A stretch of DNA of 63,521 nt, filler included, from Syncephalis fuscata S228 (Eukaryota; Fungi; Zoopagomycota), in assembly GCA_025786725.1 (NCBI GenBank). It is 4 parts of 4 records of this genome, joined end to end, with 100 filler letters (N's around TTAATTAATTAA, not from the genome) between each part and the next. Parts side by side here need not be neighbours in the genome. Positions count along the whole stretch, not along the records: positions 1 to 27,790 come from JAHLTZ010000102.1; 3 more parts are not named here. One strand, 5' to 3'. This document shows positions 1 through 12,843 of this stretch, piece after piece. The notes under the pieces were generated by a model. That model saw only the letters and a program-made list of their open reading frames with translations, was not told where the DNA came from and did no database searches. The position numbers and the translations under genes are program-made. Position 1 is the stretch's first letter. Each line of letters opens with the position of its first letter.

Positions 1-187
1 CAAGACCACCAGTAACGACGAGACCCGTCTGGATGAACGTCTAACGAAAATATATTTACTTTACGTTGACGTTCATCTATTAACCGTGATTATAGAGTGC
101 ATATAGCGAGGTTATTCTAAAGATTGCGTTCAAATAAGAACCAACTTACCAAGATGGCCAAATCCACGCCGGCTTTGATATATGCAT
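1..187 (-). CDS. HIR1: 5' end of HIRA/HIR1 histone chaperone (WD40); partial, runs off the window start, with apparent indels
   Basis: ATG at 187 reads MHISKPAWI.., GTAAGT donor at 149, next exon reads DERQRKVNIFSLDVHPDGSR..(VTGGL), matching the HIRA N-terminus (KPxW..IFSVDIHPDG..TGG). Two indels are needed to keep one frame. Confidence 0.7.
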
Positions 188-1038
188 TCTACCACTATAA
201 CACTAGTAGTAAGAGTACGAGTACTAATAATACTTGGATCGGTAAAAGTAATTCGAAAAGATAAAAAGAATCCGGTTATGTTATGCCAAGGATAACAAAC
301 AAACAAACAAACAAACAAACGCAATGACAACAACAAATACACGTCGTCGTCTAATGTGGCCAATTGAAAAGTATTCAGTATAAATCGGAGATTGATCACG
401 TCAGGTATTAAATAATAGTTTGTATTAATAAAAAACTATAACTATTTTAAACTTTTAAACTTTCATTAATAACAAAGCACCAGACTACGTATATATAAAG
501 TTTAATATTGTAAATGATTACGTATTTTTACTTACTGACTTTAATGTGCAATAATATTTATACTTTAATGACTTTACTATGTAATACTATTACAACTTTA
601 TAACATGACCCCTCATTGTGTGATATATTGTCATTGTTAGACTATTTATATAATAAAACAATTTTGAAACATCGTTGTACATTGAGAGTTGGAGATAAAT
701 ACTATTCATGCATTAGTTTCAATAAATTAGTTAAGCTATATTGCAGCAACAAAGAAAATGTTGCTAAACGTGCAGCAATATGCATGTCCGAACAGTTGCT
801 GCTGCTGTTACTTATTGTTACTGTCACCTTTGCCAATTCCAAGTCATTGTGCGCCCAGTCGGGCATGTTCTGTTTCAGGCCCCCATTTACCATTTGCCAT
901 TTGCCATTGACCATTGATCCTCGTGTTCAATACCATCGATTTTGTTGTTAAATTTACGTTAACTTTTCTATTTCGCTGCACTTGATTTTCTACACTATTT
1001 TTTGTGCTCTACTATTTTATTCATATTGGTAAACCAGT

Positions 1039-2040
1039 ATGACTGAACCAGCAACAGCTATCGTTCCTGTTAAGAAAATACATCCAGCAGTTGAGGACCA
1101 TAACAGTGATATACAACAACAACAGCCAGTAGCACCATTATCGCCATCCACTTCTTCTAGTGCTGCTCCAACAAGCAACGATGGTATAGCGTTGTTTTTA
1201 TCAACGTTAACACTTGTTAACCAACAAAAGAATACTGCTACTATAACACCGCCCAGTGCAATATCATCGCAATCAAGTCGTCCACTGCCCACACCACCAG
1301 TCAAGAAAACATCAGCACCTGTATCCCCTATTACCCCGGGTGATGGCTCATTTGATCCACTAAATCAATTATCACGACCATCTTCTTCGTATTATCCAAC
1401 AAGTGCCACATCTATTGATGGTCTATCGCCTTCTGTACTGCCATCAAGTATAGCCACTAGTGATACCACACCTACATCTGCCCTTTCATCGCCAGATACA
1501 AGTACATCACCAATATTGGCAAATGCCGTGCCATTCATAGATGGTTTAGCCAATCCAATGGCTATGCCATCAACTACGGAGACTGGTCCACTATTAACTG
1601 ACCCAACACAGTATCCTTCGCCTCCATTGACCAACATGGTCGCACCTACTAATACTGCCGGTATTGTATTCCATAATGGTCAATATCTCCAGATGGTACA
1701 AACACCCAATGGACCACAATATGTTGTAGTGGCACCACCTATGAATAATTCAGCCATGCCATCAACAGCTATAGTAGATACTACTGTAGACACTACTATT
1801 AATACAACCATAACAAATGATCAAACAAAAGAGGTAATTAATCTATTCAATTTATTATAATAACTAATTATTATTAGACAACCACTCATATAAATGAGGT
1901 TGTGTCCATTAAAGATGATGCTGTAATTAATACAGTATCTACTACTGTAGATATCCATACAGTTACACCTGTTATAACTAATAGTGAAATACCAGTATCA
2001 GCCGATACATCCGATAATACATGCATCGTTGATATTCAAG

Positions 2041-2079
<39 letters not shown>

Positions 2080-4323
2080 TTGATAATACTGCCGATTCTA
2101 TTACTGCTTCTAATGAAGCAGATATTGTTGCTATTGCTGCCGCCACTGATGCTCTTATTAATGCTGCAGCTCAAAAATCGGCCTCACTTAGTGCTGCTAC
2201 TCAAGCACCCACTGTTAACACTAGCATTGCTACTAGTCAACCAGCTGTACCTCAACAACAGCCACCTACTGTTATTAATAATACATTTACTAATGCCACT
2301 CAGATGCCTATACCAATTAGTCATGCTACAACGATACCAATGACAGGCCATCCAGCCGCTCCAATGTATATCAATAATCCTGCCATGGCTATACCTGGCA
2401 CAACAACACAGCCTATGATGTTATCTCATGCCAGCACTATGCCGATGTCCTATGTCGCATCTAATGGTCTTATTATGAAGCCTGGTAAAAATATCAATAT
2501 GAGCAATAATACATTCATGGGTGGACTATTTTCAAATAAAAAGTCACCAACCGCACCTATGATGGGGACACAAATAATCAATGGACAAGTAGTTGGTGTT
2601 CCAATGATGAATGGTCAAATGGCCGGCACTCAAATGGTTAATGGTCCATTAGTTGGCCCTCAAATAATTAATGGACAACTAGTTAATAGACAAATAGTTG
2701 GTGGGCAAGTAATTAATGTACCAATTTTTGGTGCTCAAATGGTCAGTGGTCAAGTAATTGGTAAACAAGTAGCTGGTGGACAAATAATTGGTACACCGGT
2801 TACTGGTGCCCAAATGGTCAGCGGTCAAATGGTCAGTGCACAAGTAGTTGGTGGACAGGTAGTTGGTACACCAGTTACTGGTGCCCAAATGGTCAGCGGT
2901 CAAATGGTCAGTGCACAAGTAGTTGGTGGACAAATAATTGGCACACCAGTCACTGGTGCCCAAATGGTCAGTGGTCATGTAATTGGTAAACAAGTAGCTG
3001 GTGGACAAATAATTGGCACACCAGTTACTGGCGCCCAAATGGCCAGCGGTCAAATGGTCGGTGCACAAGTAGTTGGTGGACAGGTAGTTGGTACACCGGT
3101 TACTGGTACCCAAATGGTCAGCGGTCAAATGGTCACTACACAAATGGTTGGCACTACAGCAACTGCCGGTATGGTACAAGATCAAACAGCACTTATGCCT
3201 ATTACTGGTAAACGGCGTGCATTACTTATCGGTATCGATTACCGCAATACACAAATGCAACGATTAGGTAATCACTTTATTATTATTAAGTGTGATTAGT
3301 ATTAACAGTGATATCTTTAATAGGTAGTGGTGCGGCAGTAGGTGAATTTTATAAGTTCCTGACTGGCCATTGCAATTATAAGCCATCAGAAGTGCTTGTA
3401 CTTACTGATGCACAGCCAAATCCTAAAATGCATCCAAATCGAGCGGTTATTATTAAAGCTATTGAATGGTTAACCAAAAATGCAGCACCTGGCGATTCAT
3501 TCTTATTTTATTATTCAGGTCGCAGTGCTATGGTAAGTATTTAGTAATGATTTATTTGCTTTATTAAACAATATTCAGATTCAAGATATGACAGGCGAGG
3601 AATTAAATGGTGTTTGTAATTCTCTTACACCTATGGATCATCTAGTGACTGGCCAATTAGTAAATGCGGTAATTGTTTTATTATTGATTAATTTATTCAC
3701 TTTGCTAATTGATGACTGTGTAGGATATCAATACGATTTTGGTTAAGCGTATTCCAGTTGGTGCTCGACTACTGGTACTTAATGATATAGTGACACCAGG
3801 CTCGCTTTGTAGCCTACCTATTGTTTATAAGGGGGATGGCAGTAAGCGTGGTGTGGTTAGTGATACAGCTGGTTTGGGTGCAATAGCCGCCACTGCCGGT
3901 CTTAAGCTTTTTTTCGGTCTGGATGCCGGTGCTATGAATTCAGCTGGTAGGGGGGCTGCAAAAGCCGCTAAAGTAGCATATAGTAGGAATAAGCGTCAAT
4001 CTAATCGAGGAACACCGGCATTGGTTGTGGCTATTGGAAGGTAACGATAAACAGTAAACACAATATCAATAGTACTAACTAATAATACCAATAATAATGG
4101 TAGAAAACCACCTAAAACGGCATCGAACGCTGCGGCTCAAGTGCCACCACCGCCACCTGGTACCGTGGCTCGTTTATTCATGGAGCTTTACCAATGTAAT
4201 CCGGTTCTTTCATACGAACAATTACGTGTCGGTATGATTCAGCAATTTATGACTCGTTATGGACATCGACCGGAATTCTCGTCAGGTAGTGATCTTTTGT
4301 GGAGGGGACAGATTGTTATTTAA
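1039..4323 (+). CDS. Metacaspase (peptidase C14B)-like protein with very long low-complexity/repeat prodomain; catalytic His and Cys substituted
   Basis: Exons about 1039-1833, 1878-3267, 3324-3533, 3579-3668, 3725-4021, 4104-4323 with GT-AG introns. Motifs TGKRRALLIGIDY, VLTDAQPNP..PNR..IIKAIEWL..A.PGDSFLFYYSG and GARLLVLND..PGSLCSLP.VY align with fungal Mca1. Confidence 0.85.
2680..3160 (+). repeat. Coding tandem repeat (60-75 nt units built from 15-nt subunits) encoding GQ[VI][VI]G-TPVTG-AQMVS-GQMVS-AQVVG
   Basis: Repeated caaatggtcag / caagtagttggtggac / ccagttactggtgccc units read directly in the sequence. Confidence 0.9.
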
Positions 4324-4509
4324 TAGCAAACCAGTATAAATAAAATTGATATTAAGTATTACAATTTAAATTCGCTTAATTCACTTATTAAATATTATGT
4401 AATAAAATACTTAATTAACTAGTTCAAATTATGATCATAGATTCTGTATGGTAAAGCATCTAGTAATTAACATTATACTAATACGATGCATCCGGTTATA
4501 TTTATTGCA

Positions 4510-6375
4510 TTAATAATTCTTATAGCCCACTAGGTTGATACGCTCAACCTTGGCCATAACCTGGGCTTCTTGATCGGACAAGTAGCGGTCCATCAATTCT
4601 AGGTGGGCTTTTTCTTTTACACCGAGTATACGTACGGCAAGTAATCCGGCATTGGTGCTATTATTAATAGCTACTGTGGCTACTGGAATACCTCGCTATA
4701 AGTATTCATTATTAGTACTCATGTATATTATTATGTTATTATCGTATGCTTACAGGCATCTGAACAATAGAGTAGAGCGAATCAACACCATCAAGACAGC
4801 TGCCTTTTACCGGTACACCAATGACTGGCAATGAAGTCTGAGCGGCCACCATGCCTGGTAGGTGTGCTGCTCCGCCAGCACCGGCTATAATGCATCGTAG
4901 TCCACGTTCGACTGCTGTACGTGCATACTCGGTAAGACGGCCTGGTGTACGATGGGCACTAACAATTGTCAGTTCAAATGGCACATCGAATTGTTCAAGT
5001 ATTTCTGCAGCCGCTCTCATTACTGGCAAATCCGAGTCACTTCCCATAATAATGCCCACAACTGGCTGGCCACATGATGTAGGCGACGAGAACAGCGGTG
5101 TATTTAATTGTAGCATAGTCATGGCTGTCTCGGCGGATGCCTCTTCTGCGTCGGGTTCAGCTGCATCGAGTTCGCTAAGAATAGGTGCCATAGACGATAG
5201 GATGCTGGCCAAGCTGGTGCCTACTACAGTAATATGGCCCATCTTACGACCGGGTCTTAGTTCTGGTTTGCCGTAAAGATGAACAGTGGCGCCTGGTACA
5301 TTTAGGGCAGCTTGTATCGCACCAGTCATACCATTACTGCCTAGTAGATTAACCATAATGGCGGCGGGTACCTTTAAATCAGTACCGCCTAGTGGCAATC
5401 CAACAACGGCTCGTAAATGATTTTCAAACTGAGACGACTGGCATGCTTCAATAGTGTAATGGCCTGAATTGTGTGGTCTTGGAGCAATCTCATTAACAAG
5501 GATTGAGTCTATATTGTAATGCAGTTACAAATAAGTACTGTAGTAAATAGCTAATCGTTATACTGACCATCTTTCATAAGAAATAGCTCTACACCAAATA
5601 TACCTGCACCTTCAAGAGTAAGAACAGCTGCCTCGGCTACACGACGTGCCATATCAGCTACTTTTGTTGAAACCGGTGCGGGTGCCAATACTAAATGACA
5701 GACACTACGCCGTTGAATCGTTTCAACTACCGGATAGCTTACGACTTTTCCATCTCGACTACGTACTACCATTACGGCTAATTCCTTGTTATAGTTTGCC
5801 CATCGCTCAGCGTAGATACCGCCGACACTGGCTGCATCTCCACCGCCTAAACTTGCATAGGCCGTACTACAGTTGTCTGCTGTATTCACTACCGCATTAC
5901 CGCGGCCATCATAAGCAAGTCGGCGTGCCTTTAGCATAAGTGGATAGCCAAATGAGTTACCAGCCTCTGCAACGGCATTTTCGTCAGTACAAGCAAAAAA
6001 GTCTGGCACGGGTACGCCATGTGAGCGTAGATGCTCTTTTTGGCGCAGTTTATCCTGGATAAGCGCAATGGTTGCCGGCGTGGGTTGGACATCGATTTTG
6101 CCGTTGGCAGTATCAGCTACTTCTTTTAGTGCCATCGTATCTACATGCTCAATTTCAACGGTAAGTACATCACAATGCGTCGCTAGTTGTTGAATTGCTT
6201 GTGGATCGGTGAATGGCGCGTCAATATGAGTGGTGCTGGCCAGTAGCTGCTTAGCCGGCGCTTGTGGCAAAGGATCAAGTATATGCAGGGGAATTTGAAG
6301 ACGGTGAGCCGCTTCAGCCATCATACGACCCAGCTGACCTCCTCCAAGTACGCCAACACGCTTACTCGAGATCAT
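4510..6375 (-). CDS. ADE2: Phosphoribosylaminoimidazole carboxylase (PurK-PurE fusion)
   Basis: [68 protein letters not shown], and last exon [20 protein letters not shown] ..YKNY*; two introns. Confidence 0.97.
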
Positions 6376-6900
6376 TATATATGGTTATGTATATGATATA
6401 GATATAGACAAATACACCAAGAGCGATAGAGCGGCGACAGGCTAGTCGAAACAAAAAGCTTAGCAAGAAAACCCGAAAATAAATCTGGCAATCTCACCTT
6501 ATCAGCATCTATCTAATCAGTATGCTAGTCACTTAGTCCCACTGTTATGACGATAACTTGCATTAATTAACTTTTAATTATAAGTATTAACATCATACTA
6601 ATTGTTAATTAGTGTAATTAGTGTAATTGCTCCCATTGATATCGGATACGTTAGCTTAACAACGAACATTGGTTACTTATTGCTATATAATTGTATTGGC
6701 ACCGAATAAAACGAATTTATTGAACACATTGATGTTTATATTTATCGTATATTTTTATTAAACTACGTCACATTAAAGCTCTTTAGGTATACCACCATTA
6801 ATACTGTTCTGCATTTCCGTTTTAGCCGTTCTACATTTAATCTGATGTTTGTATAATTGGAAAAGCCAAGGGCTTTCGTTTTTGGTTTTCTGTGGCCGTC

Positions 6901-8169
6901 ATGGTTTCCTCGTCGCGGCCGCCGCCTATCTTTTACCACGGCACCTATCTATGCGCTTCTCCTTCTTCTTCTACCTCTATTTCTGCTGCTGCTACTGCTT
7001 CTTCTGCTTCTTCTTCTAGCACTGCTTCACGGCCACAGGCTCAGGTGCCATATCGTCAACCATCCAAATATAGTGGTGTATACGATCCAATTAGTGGGCC
7101 TGCTGTAAAACGGCCAGTAACCTGTATCCAGCCGTTTCATTTGGTAGCACCACCATCACAATTACCACGACCATTAGCACCACGATTACCAGTGCCAGTA
7201 TCATTGGCATCTCCGCCTCGACCGTCTATATTTTTTCACTCTTCTGCTACTGCGTTTCCGCCTTCCTCTAATACTTCTTTGCATACTAGAACTTTATTTG
7301 AACTTCCATTTCCTCGATCGACAATGAGTATCCAACACCAGCATCCGCCACCCATGGCAGAGGCACATACTTATCCTCATGCAAATACAGGATATAGCCA
7401 CCCAGTACAACCACAGACGACTTATATGGGTAACGCCATGAGCTATCATAGTGGCGACCCATTAACCGGGCCACCAGCGGCTAAGCATAAAGGTAGTGCC
7501 TCCAAATCCTGCTGGACACGTAAGCATCGACCATGCGGCAGATTGTGTCCGTGTTGCTGCTGTAGTTGCTGCTGCTGTTGCATTGTGTTGATTCTTCTAG
7601 CTATTGCTATTGGCATTACTACGTTTTTTGTATGGCCTCGCGTACCACAGGTCGACCTACTTGAAATCAAGCCTATTACACTGCCATCAGGCATGGATCT
7701 GGCATCCTCAATGCTAAATACAATAACAGGCAGTGGCCCGCTTTCATTTACGAGTGAGTGGCAACTTAAAGTGGCCGTTGATAGCCCCAACTATATTGGG
7801 TGGCATTTTGACAAAGTAACTGGTGAGTTGGTCGATCCTCCAACTGGTCGTGTTGTTGGCACGGGCAATCTTACCGATTTCACGCTGCCGGCCCGTACGA
7901 ATACAACTGTCACGCTACCCGTGCAACTAGTCTACAAAGCAACGTCGTCAAATGATGCTAATAAGGAAAGCAGTGGTATAACTGGCGGCATACTAAGCAA
8001 GATAATGGATCCAATGCTGTCACGAGTCATTACCGCCTGCCAGCAAAAGACTAAAATCCCTATGACACTTAAACTATCATTTTTAGTGCCGGTCATCCGA
8101 TGGTTTGGTGTACCTCATATTGAGCGATCTATTTCCTTATCTTGTCCTTTCCAAATGCCTTCTCTGTAG
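6901..8169 (+). CDS. Type II membrane protein: Pro/Ser-rich N-terminus, Cys cluster, TM helix, LEA_2-like extracellular domain
   Basis: Single-exon ORF. CPCCCCSCCCCCIVLILLAIAIGITTFFVWPRVP is followed by V.VDSPNYIGW.FD and VGTG...FTLPART.T...LP, typical of fungal LEA_2-like membrane proteins. Confidence 0.7.
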   Translation: MVSSSRPPPIFYHGTYLCASPSSSTSISAAATASSASSSSTASRPQAQVPYRQPSKYSGVYDPISGPAVKRPVTCIQPFHLVAPPSQLPRPLAPRLPVPVSLASPPRPSIFFHSSATAFPPSSNTSLHTRTLFELPFPRSTMSIQHQHPPPMAEAHTYPHANTGYSHPVQPQTTYMGNAMSYHSGDPLTGPPAAKHKGSASKSCWTRKHRPCGRLCPCCCCSCCCCCIVLILLAIAIGITTFFVWPRVPQVDLLEIKPITLPSGMDLASSMLNTITGSGPLSFTSEWQLKVAVDSPNYIGWHFDKVTGELVDPPTGRVVGTGNLTDFTLPARTNTTVTLPVQLVYKATSSNDANKESSGITGGILSKIMDPMLSRVITACQQKTKIPMTLKLSFLVPVIRWFGVPHIERSISLSCPFQMPSL

Positions 8170-8493
8170 CATCCTTTTTTCATAGTCTTTTTTAAGTATA
8201 ATAACTTTATATATCGATGCATATTACTCAATTTTAAATAAAAATAATTGTATCAACTACTTAATAGACTAATTGCGTTAATATTACTGTGTTTTTACTC
8301 AGTTTACTAAACATACTTAAAGCAGAAGCTAAATAAAAAATATATTATTTTTTTCAATTACTTTATATGTTAGAATGGTTGCAAAAACGACAATAAAGAA
8401 GAGAGCTAAGTAATTTAGATAATAGATAGCAAAAGTTGCTTGTGTGGCAATTTCCGTGATGCCAACTAATAACATGGCATATGTAGCAGTAAT

Positions 8494-9255
8494 CAAATGA
8501 CTACAATTAATAGCATTCAATCTATTGAACATGCTAGTTGATGGTAAGTGACATCAATCATCAAATACTCATCGTCATAGATTTATTATCCAGTATGCAT
8601 ATATTCACCATTTACTTGCATTATTCCCATTCTATCTCACACTACTATATACCATTATATAATATACAGTCACATTCTATTTGCTATAAACTTCAAGTAG
8701 ATATAAATAATGAGCTGAATTAGCCGACTTTTGTTAATAATAAAGCTAAAGCAAAAAGAACAATTGCAATAGCTAGCGCGTATATACTAGACAATAAAAC
8801 AGTATACAATATTAAGCGACAATTAGCTATGTCAAAGTTATTAAGCATATATGTATGCTTAATGAAGTGAATGAGCTGAGATTTATAAATAATAAAGCTA
8901 GAACAAAAATAAAAGTAGTTTTGAATAGAGGAGGACTAGGTGAGTATAGAATGATATGTAAAATGATAAATGTACGGTAAGAAAGCATATTAAACAATGT
9001 TAAAACTATAGTACATATAATGCAATGAGGGGAATGAGTGAGGTTTATTGGAACGTATAAACAATAGAATGTATTCAATATGTCATAGAATGATGTATAA
9101 TAGCGTGGGATAGAATGGAAATGATATAAGTGAATGGTGGATATATGCATATTGGATAATGGATCTACGATTATGAGTATTTTGATGATTGATGTCACTT
9201 ACCATCACCCAGCATCATGTTCAATAGACTGAATATTATTAATTGTAGTCATTTG
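8494..9255. mobile_element. Non-autonomous MITE/foldback-like element with about 170-bp imperfect terminal inverted repeats (copy A)
   Basis: Left end CAAATGACTACAATTAAT..TCTATTGAACATG..GATGGTAAGTGACATCAATCATCAAATACTCAT..TTATCCA.TATGCATAT is the reverse complement of about 9080-9255. A homologous copy lies at about 57.8-58.5 kb. No coding capacity; no TSD identified. Confidence 0.75.
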
Positions 9256-10197
9256 TCTTCCAAAAAATAATAAATGTAATGATGTAATGATTAATAAAAC
9301 GCTTAATTACAAAAATAAAAATAAAACTTTATTAAAAATACAAAAAAGAAATGCAGTCTATATAGCTGCTAAATTAATAAGAAATCGATTAGCTAGATAA
9401 TAGTATACGATTAAAGTTAGTGACAAATTATTAATTAAAATTACTACTTACCTTAATACCTTCTAACAAGATGTTAATTGAAAGCGCACAAGCACGTGGT
9501 GTATTGCCAATAACTACATCTAAGGCTTTAATTTATTTAATAAATGGTTAATTGCTACAACATTAGTTACATCATAGCAATAGCAACTAGCTGTTCAATA
9601 CTATATTGTATAAACTAACGACTATACCACGCTATTATCAGTACCAGTAATGCTTCTATTTTTATTTTATATTTTATTTTTATACTCGAGTAATTATAAA
9701 ACACGTATAATCATTTTAATGGTACATAATATACACCATTCCTATAAATCATATTCCACAACTGCTATTAATTTTATAGCTGTAAAATCTATTTAATATA
9801 ATGATTCATACTAGCTAATAATTTATTCTCCTCTACAATTACACTATATTAATACTAGTAAGCAATGAAAAGGCATGAATAGTAGTGGACTTATTATATT
9901 TATATGCACACAATGAACAAGTAAAATAAAATGAGTTTTAAAAAAATCTAACAATAAGCATATGTTTTGCAAATAAAATATACATATAAAAAACATATAC
10001 TAACATGTTTTATACAATGTATTAAGTAAATAATATTTATGGGTAATATTCTAATGATGAATAGCAATATTGACAATAATTCAAAAGTAAATGAATGCTA
10101 TATACATTAGAGCAGTAGAATACGCAAGTATATCCGTTATTTTGTAGCGATTGGAGTTGATGATAGTAGTAAAATAATAAATAATAGTTTTTTTAGA

Positions 10198-12071
10198 TTA
10201 TTGACTGCTACAAGTGCTAGTTGTTATTTGCTGAAATTGGTTATTAAACTGCTCAATTATCTGCTGGGCTATGGCTCGACCAGAATCGGTAGCATCAGCA
10301 GTGATGGCCAAGTAAATAGATTCATTATACGTCGATACAGTAATGCTCAGCTTTCCGGGTCCTATCGTTGGTGAGTGAACTAGCCAGGACTGTACACGAT
10401 AGTACGGCAGCGTCTCTCCTTTTAAATACAAAAAACTGATATCTTCTTCATCTTTGACTGTTGTTGTGCTTGTGAAGGGTAGCGATACTTGAAGTTCACA
10501 ATTTTCTGTATATTGATTCCATCTAATATTAAAAACATTAGTACTGTTTAGTAGCAATAATAAATTACGTACGCATTGAATGATTGCATGTAAAATGCCG
10601 CCGGTGCTTGTTGGTGTGCTATTTGTCTATACTGACGAGCAGCTTCTAGACGATCAGTAGTAGAATTTACCCCCTTGCCAGATATATGAACATATGCAGA
10701 CTGTGTTTGATGAAAACTAAAACAGTTACTATCTTCACGCAATGATATAGGCAATTGCAGCAACCAATCACTTGCATCTTTGCCTGTGTTTAGTTCATTT
10801 GCCAAGCCTATTGACTGGATAGTATGTTGATTGGATCGAACAGATATGTATGCTTCTATAATACAGGCCAATATGACATCATTGATATCAGTATCTGGAT
10901 AAGCATCACAAACAGTTTGTACAGCAGATAATGGAAGAGGGGTCGACCATCCGGTGTATTTGAGCTGTGATCGACGATTTATCCAAACCAATGGCTTTGT
11001 TTGAATTAAACGAATCCAATAGACTGATAGAAATGCTAATGAATACATAAGGCGGCACCAAGTGTAAATTATTTGAGTTACAGCTTGGGCTGTTTGATAG
11101 CTTGTTTGTAAGATTAGCGAGTGCCATGGTGTTGGTGCAAGTGTGGTGGCTACTGTATGAGTATCAGCTGATAAAGCACCATAAGATAAACTTGTAAAGG
11201 TATTGTTCTTTAATAAAGTGTTTTTCTCATCACAATCAGCATTAGTGGCAGTATCATTATTGGAGTTGATACTGTTTGCTGATAATGACATTGCATTAGT
11301 AATTGTCTGGAGTAAACCTTCAATGTCCATGATACATTGATGAACGGCGAGTGCCATAATTGTTTGGTTTTCAAGGCCATGCATTAGTTGAACCCGCCAT
11401 AACGGTAAATTAAAAGCGTGGTGGCGAGAGTGAAATTCACCGTAGCATGACTGAATTGCCGCTTGCTCACGATCCATTAAACTTGGATGCTGTGGCGAGG
11501 GTGGCGGCAGTAATAGCCATCTTTCTTCAATGTTGTCTCGAGGATGCCACTCTGGTATGGCAGTCGTTTGTTCTGATGATGATGATGATGATGGATATGG
11601 TTGATAGCTAATATCAGACCAATGAGCTAGACCACGCGTATGCCATCCATTATTTTCGCCTTCTTTGCAGGTACATTGGTGGCGATCGTGTTGAGTTTTT
11701 ATTGCAGTCACAGGAATTTGACGTAGACGAGGTTGTAAACGACAAATCAATTCCATTTGGTCGGCAACCACTGCCGGGCTGACTTGGCCTTCTAACCAAA
11801 ACAATAGTGTGGTATAGCTATTACGTTCCAATGAACTGCTTCCTGTTGACAGCAAATTCAACTCTGTTGATGTCATTAACACCGAAGGTATAGCCTGATA
11901 ATTGTCGCCATTCTCATTAGTGCTGCCCACGCCATCAGTACTATTAGTATCATTGGCAGTATTGATAGCGATAGTACCCTCTTTTTTCTTGCTACTATTG
12001 TATTTATCCAATTTCGGCGACGATGGTATTGGTTTAATACATAAATATCCATCAAAAACAATATCTCCCAT
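10198..12071 (-). CDS. Wax ester synthase/diacylglycerol acyltransferase (WS/DGAT)-like protein with degenerate active-site motif
   Basis: PRLRQ, PLWRVQLMHGLE..MALAVHQCIMD, DINDVILACI, LPISLRE and LSITVSTYNESIYLAITAD resemble WS/DGAT N- and C-domain motifs. An intron at about 10524-10572 (GTACGT..TAG) joins the two listed ORFs. The start may extend upstream (12266-12466). Confidence 0.65.
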
Positions 12072-12843
12072 TGTATAAATTGAATCACTGACTAAAAAAA
12101 CAAACAGCAAAAAAATAAAAAGGCTTGAATAATGAATGGTGCATATTACATTTAGCCAGTTTATTATTGTTTTTATTGTCTACAAGTGTTAGTGCCGTGC
12201 TGACCATCATGATGTTGAACTCAACACGTGAATAAGTCGTGATGTCAGGTGATTGAGAAATCCAGTTACATGTGAACATTAGCGCATGTTGTCGTCATCT
12301 GCTCTTTGTTGCAATTAAAAGCAAGCTTTCTCTTTTTTGTGATATTCTCGTTTTTATGCGTCTGATGATTGGTTTGATAGTAGTAGTGTTGTGTATATTG
12401 TAATCCATAACAAACAGTAAAACAAAAATTCCCAATGCTACTTAAATAGTATTCGAGTGTTTCCATTTTAGATAACCATAATGTCAGTACTAAAAGACAA
12501 TTGGTTATATCAGAGTGAATATTGTTACCAAGCCATGCAAACTCTGTGCCATTTAAAGCAGTGCCTTCTTATTGAAAACGAGCATACCACGTGTGTAACG
12601 CGCAATCAAAATAAATCGGAGTCAATGGCGGCCATTTTAACAAGTCGGTGGCCAGTCTCATAAAAGCTGCGTTTTTTTATTATTATTCTCGTGTGTACCA
12701 TTAACGTAACATTACTTTTTAACTTATAATACCATTTCTAACGATTAATACCGCAGTATTTCATAGTTAATGCAATATTTTAATTACTTTTATCAATTTC
12801 CTATAGACCGTATTATAACAAATAATACTTTTATTTTATTTAA

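Noticed and set aside
1984-3185. Alternative-frame and antisense ORFs (poly-Leu 1984+, repeat 2679-)
   Set aside because: Shadows of the (ACT)n tract and the coding repeat in the metacaspase-like gene.
8538-9198. ORFs 8538+, 8827-, 57806+ and 58119- as a paralogous protein family
   Set aside because: The similarity comes from the non-coding MITE-like repeat; frames are not conserved between copies.
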